From contig JBBRLQ010000011.1 of the NCBI GenBank assembly GCA_038231275.1, positions 96,001 through 160,000 on the forward strand: a stretch of 64,000 nt of DNA, given 5' to 3'. Of the stretch, positions 1 to 8,749 are shown in pieces. Positions within the stretch are counted from its first letter, which is position 1; each line of letters opens with the position of its first letter. Below the pieces are notes generated by a model, which saw only the letters and a list, made by a program, of their open reading frames with translations, had not been told where the DNA came from and made no database searches. The DNA comes from Polyangiales bacterium (GTDB lineage: Bacteria; Myxococcota_A; Polyangia; Polyangiales; Polyangiaceae). Made by a program: the position numbers and the translations under genes.

Positions 1-173
1 ACGTGGACGAGCTCATCAACCGCGCGAACGCGAAGAAGGCGGAGCTCAACTTGCCGCCCCCCGCCGCGCCGCCCCCGGCCGCTCCGCCTGCCGCTGCTGC
101 TCCGGCCGCGGGCGCCCCCGCCGCGGGCGCGCCCAAGCCTGCCGGCAGTGGTATCGTGAGGGACATGCCATGA
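1..173 (+). CDS. 3' end of a protein with Pro/Ala-rich tail (partial); by position possibly a GltE/AglT-like TPR protein
   Basis: Frame from nt 3 reads VDELINRANAKKAELNLPPPAAPPPAAPP...RDMP*; TGA 171-173 overlaps the next ATG (ATGA). Identity inferred from context only. Confidence 0.6.
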   Translation, partial: VDELINRANAKKAELNLPPPAAPPPAAPPAAAAPAAGAPAAGAPKPAGSGIVRDMP

Positions 174-412
174 AGAAGCTCATCGTCGGAACTCTCGCAC
201 TCGTCGCCATCGGTCTCGCGTCGCCGAACGCCGACGCCCAGGAAAAAAAGGGCGGCGTCATCACGATCGGCGAGGTCACGATCGTCGGGCGCGTCCAGAA
301 ACCGATCGCGTCGGTGGATGTGAGCAAGATCCAACCAAAGCTCACTCTCGCCGAGCTCAGGCAACCGTTTCTGGATCGCATCGAGGAAGCGACGATGCAT
401 GATCCTTTCTGA
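170..412 (+). CDS. Small secreted protein, GltF-like
   Basis: Signal peptide (ADA-Q), 'IVGRVQKP...F...I......DPF' C-terminal pattern, upstream of a GltG-like gene. Confidence 0.7.
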   Translation: MKKLIVGTLALVAIGLASPNADAQEKKGGVITIGEVTIVGRVQKPIASVDVSKIQPKLTLAELRQPFLDRIEEATMHDPF

Positions 413-446
413 GCGCTAAAACGCGCTCAGAGAAGGATTCCTTTGT
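402..446 (+). terminator. Long hairpin over the stop codon followed by a T-rich tract; putative intrinsic terminator
   Basis: ATCCTTTCTGAGCGC-taaaac-GCGCTCAGAGAAGGAT, then TCCTTTGTTT. Confidence 0.55.
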
Positions 447-451
447 TTGGT

Positions 452-513
452 GGGGCCGAAGGCCCCCTCATCGCTGCTCGCGATGAGCCTCCCCCCTTCG
501 CCGAAAGGCGAAG
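452..513. repeat. Triple-hairpin REP-like element, copy 1
   Basis: GGGGCC-gaa-GGCCCC, CTCATCGC-tgctc-GCGATGAG, CTTCGCC-gaaa-GGCGAAG; similar to 6765-6826. Confidence 0.7.
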
Positions 514-557
514 CGCGCGGGGCGCGCGGCGGGCTTGGAGGTTAGATTTCGAGGACG

Positions 558-791
558 ATGCAATTCGCGAAGACGATCGTGGTCGTTGGGGCGCTGATGG
601 CCGTGGCGCCGGTGGCGGGGGCGGAGGACGCGACGCCGGGGCGGACGACCGTGAAGGTCGTTACGGTGGTCGGGAATCCGCGGCGGCCGAGCGTGACGAT
701 CGAAGTGACGAAGCAGAAGCTGAACATACCGCTGCACGAGATGAAGCATCCGCTCGATGAGAAGGCCGTGACCTCGTCGGGACCGTTCTGA
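558..791 (+). CDS. Small secreted protein, second GltF-like paralogue
   Basis: GAGGA SD; signal peptide (AGA-E); VTVVGNPRRP...KLNIPL...GPF parallels VTIVGRVQKP...KLTL...DPF of 170..412. Confidence 0.65.
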   Translation: MQFAKTIVVVGALMAVAPVAGAEDATPGRTTVKVVTVVGNPRRPSVTIEVTKQKLNIPLHEMKHPLDEKAVTSSGPF

Positions 792-827
792 CGGATTCGC
801 CGCCGGGTTTTCTGGTATCGGTCACGC

Positions 828-1418
828 GTGCTGCCGACCGTCGCGGCGATCGTCGTTCTCGCGTGCATTTGGGCGAGCCTTGCTCGACTGCGTCGCGCGA
901 TCGCGCCGACGGCGATCGATCCGGCGCCGCTGATGGAAGCACTGCGCGGTGATGCGGGTCGCGAGCGGTACGCCGATCTCTGCGCGCAGATCGCCGAGGA
1001 TCCCGACGCCGACTGGGAGCGCGAGCTCGTGCACGCGTTCGAGAAGCGAGGCGACGAGCGCGTCGCGCGGATCAACGAGCTGCTCCTGGATCTCGATCAT
1101 CTGGTGACCTCCGGAGCCCGCGTCCCGCGCGTGTGCGCGAGCATCGCGGCGACGACGGGGTTCCTCCTCGCGTCGCTCGCGCTGAGGAGAGGCCTTGGGG
1201 TCGCGACCGATCTGCCGCTCGAGGTGCAGGACCTCGCGATTCACCAAGCTGTGCGCGATGGCATCGACGTCGCCGCGGTGGGGATATGTGGGGCTGTGTT
1301 CTGCGTCACGGTCGGGATGCGCGCCGCCAAGGCCGCCAAAGCGCGCCTCCGCGCGACCGATCAGCTCGTCGAACGGATGGAGGCGCTTGCCCCTCCGGAC
1401 CCTGCCGCAAGCACGTAA
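828..1418 (+). CDS. Membrane protein with degenerate MotA/TolQ/ExbB-like topology
   Basis: N-terminal TM, cytoplasmic helical region, then two TMs (ASIAATTGFLLASLAL; DGIDVAAVGICGAVFC) spaced as in TolQ/ExbB. Confidence 0.6.
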   Translation: MLPTVAAIVVLACIWASLARLRRAIAPTAIDPAPLMEALRGDAGRERYADLCAQIAEDPDADWERELVHAFEKRGDERVARINELLLDLDHLVTSGARVPRVCASIAATTGFLLASLALRRGLGVATDLPLEVQDLAIHQAVRDGIDVAAVGICGAVFCVTVGMRAAKAAKARLRATDQLVERMEALAPPDPAAST

Positions 1419-1571
1419 AATCCTCTTTCAGCACGCCCCCTTGCCCGTGCTACGCTCGCACCGTCGCGCCGTGCGCGGATTTGTTGGGAACTTATGCACG
1501 CTACGGCACTCTAAGCCGTCACACCTGAGTCCCGAGCTTTCGTACGCCGTTCTCTCTTGGAGCCCGCGAAC

Positions 1572-2969
1572 ATGAATCAGCCTCCCGGCATGCAGCAGAG
1601 TTCAGGTCGCCCCGGTCAGATGACCGCCGTCATGCGCGCCATGACGATGGCGACGGGCCCGAAGGTCCTGCGCATCGGCTTGGTGCACGGCGGTCGCGTC
1701 ATCGAAGAGCGCATCATCAAGCAGCGCACGACGGTGACCGTGGGCTCGAGCGAGAAGGCGATGTTCGTGGTTCCGGCGCAGTCGGTTCCGGCGCAGTTCA
1801 AGCTCTTCGAGCTCGTCGGCAGCGACTACTACCTGAACTTCGTCGACGGCATGACCGGCCGCGTCGCCCTCGCGACCGGCATCAGCGACATCACGGCGCT
1901 CAAGGGACAAGCGAAGCGCGTCGGCAACGCGTACCAGATTCGACTGACGGACGAGGCGCGCGGCAAGGTCGTCGTCGGCGAGACGACGTTCCTCTTCCAG
2001 TTCGTCGCGCCGCCGCCGATTCAGCCGCGCCCGCAGCTCCCGCTCGCCGTCAAAGGCGGCCTCGCGAGCCAGATCGACTGGACGCTCACGATCATCGCGG
2101 CGTTCAGCTTCATGCTGCACTTCGGCGTCATCGGCGCGATGTACTCGGACTGGATGGATCCGGTCCTCAACGAGGACATGACGATCGCCGGGCTCATCGA
2201 TCTCGCGAAGAACGTCCCGCCGCCCGTCGTCGAGGACGAGGCGAAGCCCGCCGACACCGGCCCCTCCGACAAGAACGACAAGCCCGCGCCCGCCGCCGCG
2301 AAGGCCGCCGCTCCGTCCTCCAAGCCTGGCGCCGTCAGCGACGCGAAGGCCGCGGCCCTCGCGCAGCAAGCCGAGGCGATGCAGATGCAGATGCTCGCCG
2401 CGTTCGGAGGAAACTCCGCGGTGCAGGGCGCGCTCAACCGAAGCGACATTCCGCCCGTTGATCTCTCCGGCGCGGCCGCGAGCGGTGCGGGTGTCAGCAA
2501 CACCGGCGGCAACCTCAACCTCGGCTCCGGCGGCGCGCCGGTGCAAGGCGGGCGCGGCGGCTCCGGCCTCGCCGGCATTGGCGGCTCGACGACCGGGGGC
2601 GCCAACACCGGCGCAGGCACCGGGCGCGACGTCGGCGGTCCGAAGGGCGACGCGCAGATCGGCGGCACGAGCGCGACGGTGCCCGTCAACAACGCCGAGC
2701 GCGTCGTCGCCGGCCTCCGCGCGAAGTTCCGGTCTTGTTACAACACCGGCCTCCAGTCCGATCCGACGATGCAGGGCGCGGTCACCATCTCCGCGAAGAT
2801 CGCGCCGAACGGCGAAGTGTCGTCCGCTGACATCGCGAGCAACAGCGGCCTCAGCGCATCGGTCGCGAGCTGCATCGCCCGCGCGGTCCGCAACGCAAAC
2901 TTCGACGCCCCCGGCGGCACGGGGTCGACGATCAACATCCCGGTCAAGTTCGTCCAGCAGGGCAAGTAG
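1572..2969 (+). CDS. GltG/PglI-like protein: N-terminal FHA-like beta domain, one TM, Gly-rich linker, TonB/TolA-like (AgmX/PglI) C-terminal domain
   Basis: KVLRIGLVHGGRVIEERII N-terminus; TM with SFMLH (SxxxH motif); C-terminal FRSCY...G.V....I...G.V...ASCI...F..P. Confidence 0.8.
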   Translation: MNQPPGMQQSSGRPGQMTAVMRAMTMATGPKVLRIGLVHGGRVIEERIIKQRTTVTVGSSEKAMFVVPAQSVPAQFKLFELVGSDYYLNFVDGMTGRVALATGISDITALKGQAKRVGNAYQIRLTDEARGKVVVGETTFLFQFVAPPPIQPRPQLPLAVKGGLASQIDWTLTIIAAFSFMLHFGVIGAMYSDWMDPVLNEDMTIAGLIDLAKNVPPPVVEDEAKPADTGPSDKNDKPAPAAAKAAAPSSKPGAVSDAKAAALAQQAEAMQMQMLAAFGGNSAVQGALNRSDIPPVDLSGAAASGAGVSNTGGNLNLGSGGAPVQGGRGGSGLAGIGGSTTGGANTGAGTGRDVGGPKGDAQIGGTSATVPVNNAERVVAGLRAKFRSCYNTGLQSDPTMQGAVTISAKIAPNGEVSSADIASNSGLSASVASCIARAVRNANFDAPGGTGSTINIPVKFVQQGK

Positions 2970-3213
2970 CCGGACGACGGGCAGCAAGCTCTCGCGGAGA
3001 CCGACGGATCTGCCGTGCGGTCCTCGTGAATGCTTCCATGCGCCCCCGCAACGTACCGGACGGTGCGATCCGCATCCGATTCAGGCACGGCTCCGGCGGT
3101 CCGTTCGCGTCTTCGGGGGGTACGGGGTCCTCGCAGCGCGCTCGGTGTGAGGCAAATGGGGACAACTGCCCCGACTCCCGGAAATCACTAGGTAATTGGC
3201 TGATCTTCGATCA

Positions 3214-3242
3214 TTGACACGCCCCGTCACGCTCTATAGAGT
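3214..3242 (+). promoter_or_regulatory. sigma70-type promoter
   Basis: TTGACA (3214-3219), 17 nt, TAGAGT (3237-3242); palindrome TGATC-ttc-GATCA (3201-3213) abuts the -35. Confidence 0.7.
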
Positions 3243-3267
3243 CCGTAGGCTCGGAAGGGTAGATGCA

Positions 3268-3897
3268 ATGCGTCTTCGCCAAAACTTGAAGCATTTTAGG
3301 TGGGTCATCACAGTCGCCGTTCTCGCGTACGCCGTCTCGCCCGGTGGCGCCGGCGCACAGCCCGCGACGGCTCCGACTGGACCCGCCGGTGGTGGCGCAA
3401 CCGCCGCAGGATCGACGGATGCGCAGGTCGGCTTCCAGCGGAAGACGCAGCTCACCCCGCAGGAGCAGCTGGTCGAAGGCGACCGCTCGATCCAGCGCAT
3501 GGAGCAAGCCGCGGCTGGCGTCCGCAAGCAGCTTCAGGGGGCGCGCGAGGCGCGTGACGTCGTGAAGACGCTCTGCCTCAATGACAAGCTCTCGCAGATC
3601 GACGTCGCGACGCGCTCGGCGCGGGACCGCAAGTCGTCGCTGCAAGCCGCGGCGACGCGCAACGACACCGAGCTCTCGAACCACGAGTTCACGATCCTGA
3701 CGGTTCTCCGGCAGCGCGCGGAGCAGTTGACCGCAGAGGCGAACCAGTGCATCGGCGAGGAAGCGGCCTTCATCGGCGACACCAAGGTCACGACCACGGT
3801 GGACCCGACGCTCCCTGCCTCCGACGACACGCAGTTTCCCCCTACGGACCCCACGCTCATCAGTGGTCCGCCGCAGTGCACGAGCTGTGAACGCTGA
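3268..3897 (+). CDS. Secreted helical/coiled-coil hypothetical protein with Cys residues
   Basis: ATG 3268 downstream of the promoter; signal peptide; DVVKTLCLNDKL and ANQCIGEE segments; ends CTSCER. Confidence 0.75.
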   Translation: MRLRQNLKHFRWVITVAVLAYAVSPGGAGAQPATAPTGPAGGGATAAGSTDAQVGFQRKTQLTPQEQLVEGDRSIQRMEQAAAGVRKQLQGAREARDVVKTLCLNDKLSQIDVATRSARDRKSSLQAAATRNDTELSNHEFTILTVLRQRAEQLTAEANQCIGEEAAFIGDTKVTTTVDPTLPASDDTQFPPTDPTLISGPPQCTSCER

Positions 3898-4040
3898 AGA
3901 TCGACTCCTCTAAAAACACGACGGGCTGAACCAAAACAGCAACCGGCGCGCGGGCGAAGAAGTCGCATCCCCGAGCTGCCACCAGAGGCGGGGCGTACCC
4001 GTCTACCACGACGAAGCGCGCGCACACTGGCGGACATGAG

Positions 4041-5489
4041 ATGAATCGTAGACTACGGAAGATTGGGGGAGCTTGGCGGGTGGGACTTCCACTCGCGGGG
4101 CTGCTGTTCGCGTCCTCGTTCACCCGAAGCGCCGACGCGCAGGAGTGGCTGAAGGACCGGCGGTTCGCGGAGGGTGCGGGGTATCGCGCGGGCGACCTGG
4201 AGCTCCACCCCGGCCTCGGCGGTGAAATCGGTTACGACTCGAACTGGTTCCTTCGGTCGGACAAGAATGCCGTGGGCATCGTCAATGGCCCCCCGGCCGT
4301 GCCCGTCACCAGCGGCGGCGTCCTCAGAGTGACCCCGTCGCTCTCGGTCTCGACCCTCGGTCCCCAGCGGAACACGCTGGCGCCTGGCGAGGGTCCCTCG
4401 GTTTCGTTCCGTGGCGGCATCGCGGCGACGTACCGGGAGTTCATCGGCGTCCAGGAGCTTCGCGATCAGCGCAATCTTTCGGGTCACGCCGACGCCCGTG
4501 TCGACATCCTGCCCGGACGGCCGTGGAGCTTTGGCATCCACGGGCTGTACGACCGCACCATCCAGCCGACCGTACTTGGGAACCCTGACCTCTCGTTCAA
4601 CCGAGACACGCTCGCGATTGGCGGCGAGATCATCGCGACCCCCAACAGCGGAACGCTCGACTGGCGGCTCGGCTACCAGATCCAGGGCGCGCTCTTCGAG
4701 AGCTCGAACGGCACTCCATTCAACAACGTTACGCACGTGATCAACACGAAGGGGCGCTGGAAGTTCCGGCCTCGCACGGCGTTCCTTTACGACGGAAGCA
4801 TCGGATTCGTCGGCTACACGCAGGCGCAGCGTGCGATCAACTCGCTCCACGATTCATCGCCCACGCGCGCGCGACTCGGCATGACGGGACTCATCACGCC
4901 GCGCCTCGCGATTCTTGGGATGGCGGGGTGGGGTGCGAGCTTCTATCGGCCCGGCGGAGATCCGCGGGTATCCCAATACGACAGCGTCATCGGGCAAGCA
5001 GAGCTCAAGTTCTTCCCGACGGCGAACGCCGCGGGTGGCGACGTGAGTGATGCGTCGCTCACGCTCTCCTCCATCGCGATTGGCTATGTGCGCGATTACC
5101 AGAACAGCTACTTCAGCGATTTTTACGGGAGCGACCGCGGCTACGCGAAGGTGGCCTATTTCTTCGCGGGGCGCGCGCTCATCTCTTTGGAAGGCGGCGT
5201 CGGCGCCATCGAGTACCCGGATGTTTACATCAACCCGGGCGGAGCCACCCCGGGCGGTGGTGGCGCGGGGGGCCTGGTCCACTCGAAGTTCACCGACGTG
5301 CGCCTCGACGGAACTCTGTTCGCCGAATACCGAGTGCTCGATTCGCTCGGCATTAACACGACGTTCAACTACATTCAGAACTTCAGCAACACCCAGTTCA
5401 ATGTCGATACCGGAAACGGGAACACCGGCGTCTACGACATGAGCTGGAAGCGCTTCCAGGCCTCGCTCGGCGTTCGCTGGTTCCTCTAG
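4041..5489 (+). CDS. Outer-membrane beta-barrel protein, EpsX/Wzp-like partner of short OPX proteins
   Basis: Signal peptide, LELHPG....GYDSN N-terminal motif, amphipathic beta strands, C-terminal GVRWFL; adjacent to OPX genes. Confidence 0.75.
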   Translation: MNRRLRKIGGAWRVGLPLAGLLFASSFTRSADAQEWLKDRRFAEGAGYRAGDLELHPGLGGEIGYDSNWFLRSDKNAVGIVNGPPAVPVTSGGVLRVTPSLSVSTLGPQRNTLAPGEGPSVSFRGGIAATYREFIGVQELRDQRNLSGHADARVDILPGRPWSFGIHGLYDRTIQPTVLGNPDLSFNRDTLAIGGEIIATPNSGTLDWRLGYQIQGALFESSNGTPFNNVTHVINTKGRWKFRPRTAFLYDGSIGFVGYTQAQRAINSLHDSSPTRARLGMTGLITPRLAILGMAGWGASFYRPGGDPRVSQYDSVIGQAELKFFPTANAAGGDVSDASLTLSSIAIGYVRDYQNSYFSDFYGSDRGYAKVAYFFAGRALISLEGGVGAIEYPDVYINPGGATPGGGGAGGLVHSKFTDVRLDGTLFAEYRVLDSLGINTTFNYIQNFSNTQFNVDTGNGNTGVYDMSWKRFQASLGVRWFL

Positions 5490-5518
5490 AGGCCTCGCGG
5501 CGTCGTCGCGGAGAGTCG

Positions 5519-6121
5519 ATGGTTCGGGTCGTTCGCTTTGCGCTCCTGGCGCTCGTGCTCTGCGTGACGGTCGGGTGCCGTGGGTCGCGTCCGCCGCCGC
5601 CCAAGAACCTGCCTGCGGCGACGCAGAGCACCACCGTGGGGCCGGGTGACGTTTTCGAGGTCTATGTCCTCGGCGAGACGAACCTGCCGAAGGAGTACCG
5701 CGTCCAGCCGGACGGGACGATCGACTTTCCCTACATCGATCGGCTCTCCGTGACCGGCCTCGAGCCTCAGGACATCGTCAATCAGCTCAAGGCGAAGCTG
5801 ATCGAGAAGAAGATCCTGTCGAACCCGCAGGTCTCCCTGATCGTCAAACAGTACAACTCGAAGAAGGTCAGCGTCATCGGGCAGGTGGCGAAGCCCGGCA
5901 GCATCCCGTGGACCGAGGGCATGAAGCTCGTCGACGCCATCGGGCTCTCCGGGTGGTTCACGAACATCGCGGACAGCAACCACATCATCCTCACGCGCCA
6001 CATCGCCAAGGAGAAGACCGTCACGGTCACCGTGAGCGTCGACGCGATCACCGACGGCGCGCAGGCCGACATCCCGCTCCAGGCGGGGGACACGATCAAG
6101 GTCGAATCGCGCGTCTTCTGA
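5519..6121 (+). CDS. Short OPX (Wza-family) polysaccharide export lipoprotein, copy 1
   Basis: Lipobox TVGC; GPGDVFEVYV..E, VQPDGTIDFPYI, SLBB motif VIGQVAKPG, LQAGD; no C-terminal OM helix. Confidence 0.9.
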   Translation: MVRVVRFALLALVLCVTVGCRGSRPPPPKNLPAATQSTTVGPGDVFEVYVLGETNLPKEYRVQPDGTIDFPYIDRLSVTGLEPQDIVNQLKAKLIEKKILSNPQVSLIVKQYNSKKVSVIGQVAKPGSIPWTEGMKLVDAIGLSGWFTNIADSNHIILTRHIAKEKTVTVTVSVDAITDGAQADIPLQAGDTIKVESRVF

Positions 6122-6162
6122 TTCGTTCGAACGCGCGAGGCCGCGCGCGCCACACATGGGGC

Positions 6163-6762
6163 GTGCGAACCACCTCTCTTGCCTCCGCCGCCCTCTTCGT
6201 CCTCACTGCCGCCTCCGGGTGCCGCGGCGCACGGCCAGGACCGCCCACCACGCTGCCCGCGGCGACGGCGAGCACCACGCTCGGCGCGGGGGACGTGTTC
6301 GAGGTGCACGTGCTCGGCGAGCAGAACCTGCCCAAGGAGTACCGAGTGCAGCCAGACGGGAGCATCGATTTTCCGTACATCGAGCGGCTCCAGGTGAGCG
6401 GGCTGGAGCCGCACGACGTCGTGCGCGTCCTCAAAGGCAAGCTCATCGAAAACAAGATCCTGACGGACCCTCAGGTGTCGCTGGTGGTGAAGCAGTACAA
6501 CTCGAAGAAAATCAGCGTCATCGGGCAGGTGGCGAAGCCGGGAAGCGTGCCGTGGACCGAGGGGATGCGCCTCGTCGACGCGCTAGGGCAGTCGGGGTGG
6601 TTCACGAACATCGCCGACAGCGATCACGTCGTCCTGACGCGTCGCAGCGGCGCGAAGACGGTGACCGCGAGGGTCAGCGTCGATGCGATCACCGACGGAG
6701 CGCAGTCCGACGTGCCGCTCCAGGCCGGCGACACGGTTAAAGTCGAGGCGCGCGTGTTTTAG
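6163..6762 (+). CDS. Short OPX (Wza-family) polysaccharide export lipoprotein, copy 2
   Basis: GTG 6163, lipobox ASGC, same motifs; close paralogue of the upstream gene. Confidence 0.9.
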   Translation: MRTTSLASAALFVLTAASGCRGARPGPPTTLPAATASTTLGAGDVFEVHVLGEQNLPKEYRVQPDGSIDFPYIERLQVSGLEPHDVVRVLKGKLIENKILTDPQVSLVVKQYNSKKISVIGQVAKPGSVPWTEGMRLVDALGQSGWFTNIADSDHVVLTRRSGAKTVTARVSVDAITDGAQSDVPLQAGDTVKVEARVF

Positions 6763-6764
6763 CA

Positions 6765-6826
6765 GGCGGGCCTTACGCCCCCTCGTCGCTTCGCGCCGAG
6801 CCTCCCCGCATCGCCTTCGGCGAAGT
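6765..6826. repeat. Triple-hairpin REP-like element, copy 2
   Basis: GGGC-cttac-GCCC, CTCGTCGC-ttc-GCGCCGAG, CCTCCCC linker, TCGCC-ttc-GGCGA. Confidence 0.7.
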
Positions 6827-6862
6827 CGTGCTTCGCGCGACGGTGACCGGTAGAGTTGGGGC

Positions 6863-7861
6863 GTGCCGAAGATTCTGTTCGTTCATACCGGTGGCACCGT
6901 GATGATGCGCGCCAGCGAGGGTAGCGGCGCGCTGTCGCCGGACGTTTACGGTCGCGACCTCTTGGCGGAGCTGCCGACGTTGGGGCGCGTCGCCGACATC
7001 GAGACGCGGATTCTCTTCAACCTGGACTCCGGGGACATGCAGCCGGCCGATTGGGTCGTCCTCGCGCGCGAAGTTCACGGCGCGCTGTCCAGTGGGGACT
7101 ACGACGGCATCGTCGTCGTGCACGGAACGGACACGATGGCCTACACCGCGAGCGCGCTCGCGCTGATGCTGGGGACGCTGCCCAAGCCGGTCGTCTTTAC
7201 CGGCGCGCAGAGGCCGCTCATCGAGGCGCGCACGGACGCGCGCGAGAACCTGGTCGACGCGGCGCTCATCGCGACGCTGCCGGTCCCCGAGGTCACGATC
7301 GCGTTTGCGTCGCGCGCGCTCCGCGGGGCGAGGGCCACCAAGCGTGACGCGTGGGCGTTCGATGCGTTCGAGTCGCCCAACGCAGCGCCGCTCGTCGAGC
7401 TCGGGATCTCGATCGAGGTCGCGTCGCACGTCCGCGCGCCGGGAGCCCTCGCCGCGTTCGACGCCCGCCTCGAGCCGCGCGTCCTCGCGATCCGCGTATT
7501 TCCTGGCCTCGATCCCGCGCTCGTCCGCGGCGCCGTGCGCGCGGGCGTGAAGGGGCTCGTCCTCGAGGCGTACGGCTCCGGCAACTTTCCGCACCTCTCC
7601 GGATCGCTCATCGGGGCGTTCGCCGACGCGCGCGAGAAGGGGGTTCCGGTCCTCGTCGTCTCGCAGTGCCCGAACGGCTTTGTGGAGATGGGGCGTTACG
7701 CGGGCGGCGCGGCGGCGGAGGCGGCCGGGGCGATCTCGGGCGGCGACATGACGGTCGAGGCGGCGCTCGCGAAGCTCATGATCGGCCTCGCGCGGTTCCC
7801 CGACCCGTCCGATCTGCGCGGCTTTCTCCTCGCGGACGCTGTCGGAGAGCGCAGCGGATGA
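6863..7861 (+). CDS. ansA: L-asparaginase type I
   Basis: HTGGT and HGTDTM catalytic motifs, DSGDM, KPVVFTGAQRP, YGSGN, GDMTVEAA. Confidence 0.9.
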   Translation: MPKILFVHTGGTVMMRASEGSGALSPDVYGRDLLAELPTLGRVADIETRILFNLDSGDMQPADWVVLAREVHGALSSGDYDGIVVVHGTDTMAYTASALALMLGTLPKPVVFTGAQRPLIEARTDARENLVDAALIATLPVPEVTIAFASRALRGARATKRDAWAFDAFESPNAAPLVELGISIEVASHVRAPGALAAFDARLEPRVLAIRVFPGLDPALVRGAVRAGVKGLVLEAYGSGNFPHLSGSLIGAFADAREKGVPVLVVSQCPNGFVEMGRYAGGAAAEAAGAISGGDMTVEAALAKLMIGLARFPDPSDLRGFLLADAVGERSG

Positions 7862-8745
7862 CGCGCGGGACGCTCCTCGATGCGATCGGGCGAACCCCCA
7901 TGGTTCGTCTCGCGCGGCTCTCGCCGAACGTCGCCGTGAAGCTCGAGCTGAAGAACCCCGGCGGCTCGATCAAGGACCGGCCCGCGCTCGCCATGGTGCG
8001 CGCGGCGGAGGCGGCGAAGCGGCTCGCGCCAGGCGCCACGATCGTGGAGGCCACGAGCGGCAACACCGGCATCTCGCTCGCGATGATCGCTGCGGTGCGC
8101 GGCTACGCCTGCGTGCTCGTGATGCCCGAGGACATGAGCCTCGCGCGCCGGCAGGTCATGCGCGCGTACGGCGCCGAGATTCTCCTTACCCCCGCGGCGG
8201 AGGGAATGGCCGGTGCCGTCGCGAAGGCGGAGACCGTCGCGCGCGAGACGCCGGGAGCGTTCATGCCGCGCCAGTTCGAAAACGAAGCCAACCCCGCCGC
8301 CCACGAGGCCACGACCGCGCTCGAGATCCTGGACGACGCCGGGGACCAGATCGCGGCGTTCGTCGCGGGCGTCGGCACCGGGGGCACCATCACCGGCGTG
8401 GGTCGCGCCTTGAAGCGCGCGCGGCCGAACGCTCTGGTCGTCGCCGTCGAGCCGAGCGCGAGCGCAGTCCTGGGCGGCGGCGCGCCCGGGAGGCATCGTC
8501 TCCAAGGCCTGGGGGCCGGCTTCGTCCCGAAGATCTTGGATCTGCGCGTCGTCGACGAAATCGTGCCCGTCACCGACGCCGCCGCCGAGAAGATGGCCCG
8601 GCGCTGCGCCCGCGAGGAGGGGATCCTCGTCGGGCCGTCCACCGGCGCGAACCTCCACGTCGCGTGCGAGGTCGCCCTGCGTGTGAAGGGGCTGGTCGTG
8701 ACGATCGCGTGCGACGGTGGCGAGCGATATTTCGCAGACAAATAG
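7858..8745 (+). CDS. cysK: Cysteine synthase (PLP-dependent)
   Basis: IGRTPMV, NPGGSIKDR, EATSGNTG, QFENEAN, GVGTGGT, QGLGAG; ATGA overlap with ansA. Confidence 0.92.
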   Translation: MTRGTLLDAIGRTPMVRLARLSPNVAVKLELKNPGGSIKDRPALAMVRAAEAAKRLAPGATIVEATSGNTGISLAMIAAVRGYACVLVMPEDMSLARRQVMRAYGAEILLTPAAEGMAGAVAKAETVARETPGAFMPRQFENEANPAAHEATTALEILDDAGDQIAAFVAGVGTGGTITGVGRALKRARPNALVVAVEPSASAVLGGGAPGRHRLQGLGAGFVPKILDLRVVDEIVPVTDAAAEKMARRCAREEGILVGPSTGANLHVACEVALRVKGLVVTIACDGGERYFADK

Positions 8746-8749
8746 GCGG

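Noticed and set aside
50..135. GCC/CCG-rich quasi-repeat
   Set aside because: Simply encodes a Pro/Ala low-complexity tail.
2970..3200. Possible ncRNA or 63 aa ORF after the GltG-like gene
   Set aside because: Only weak hairpins, poor codon pattern and no recognisable family.
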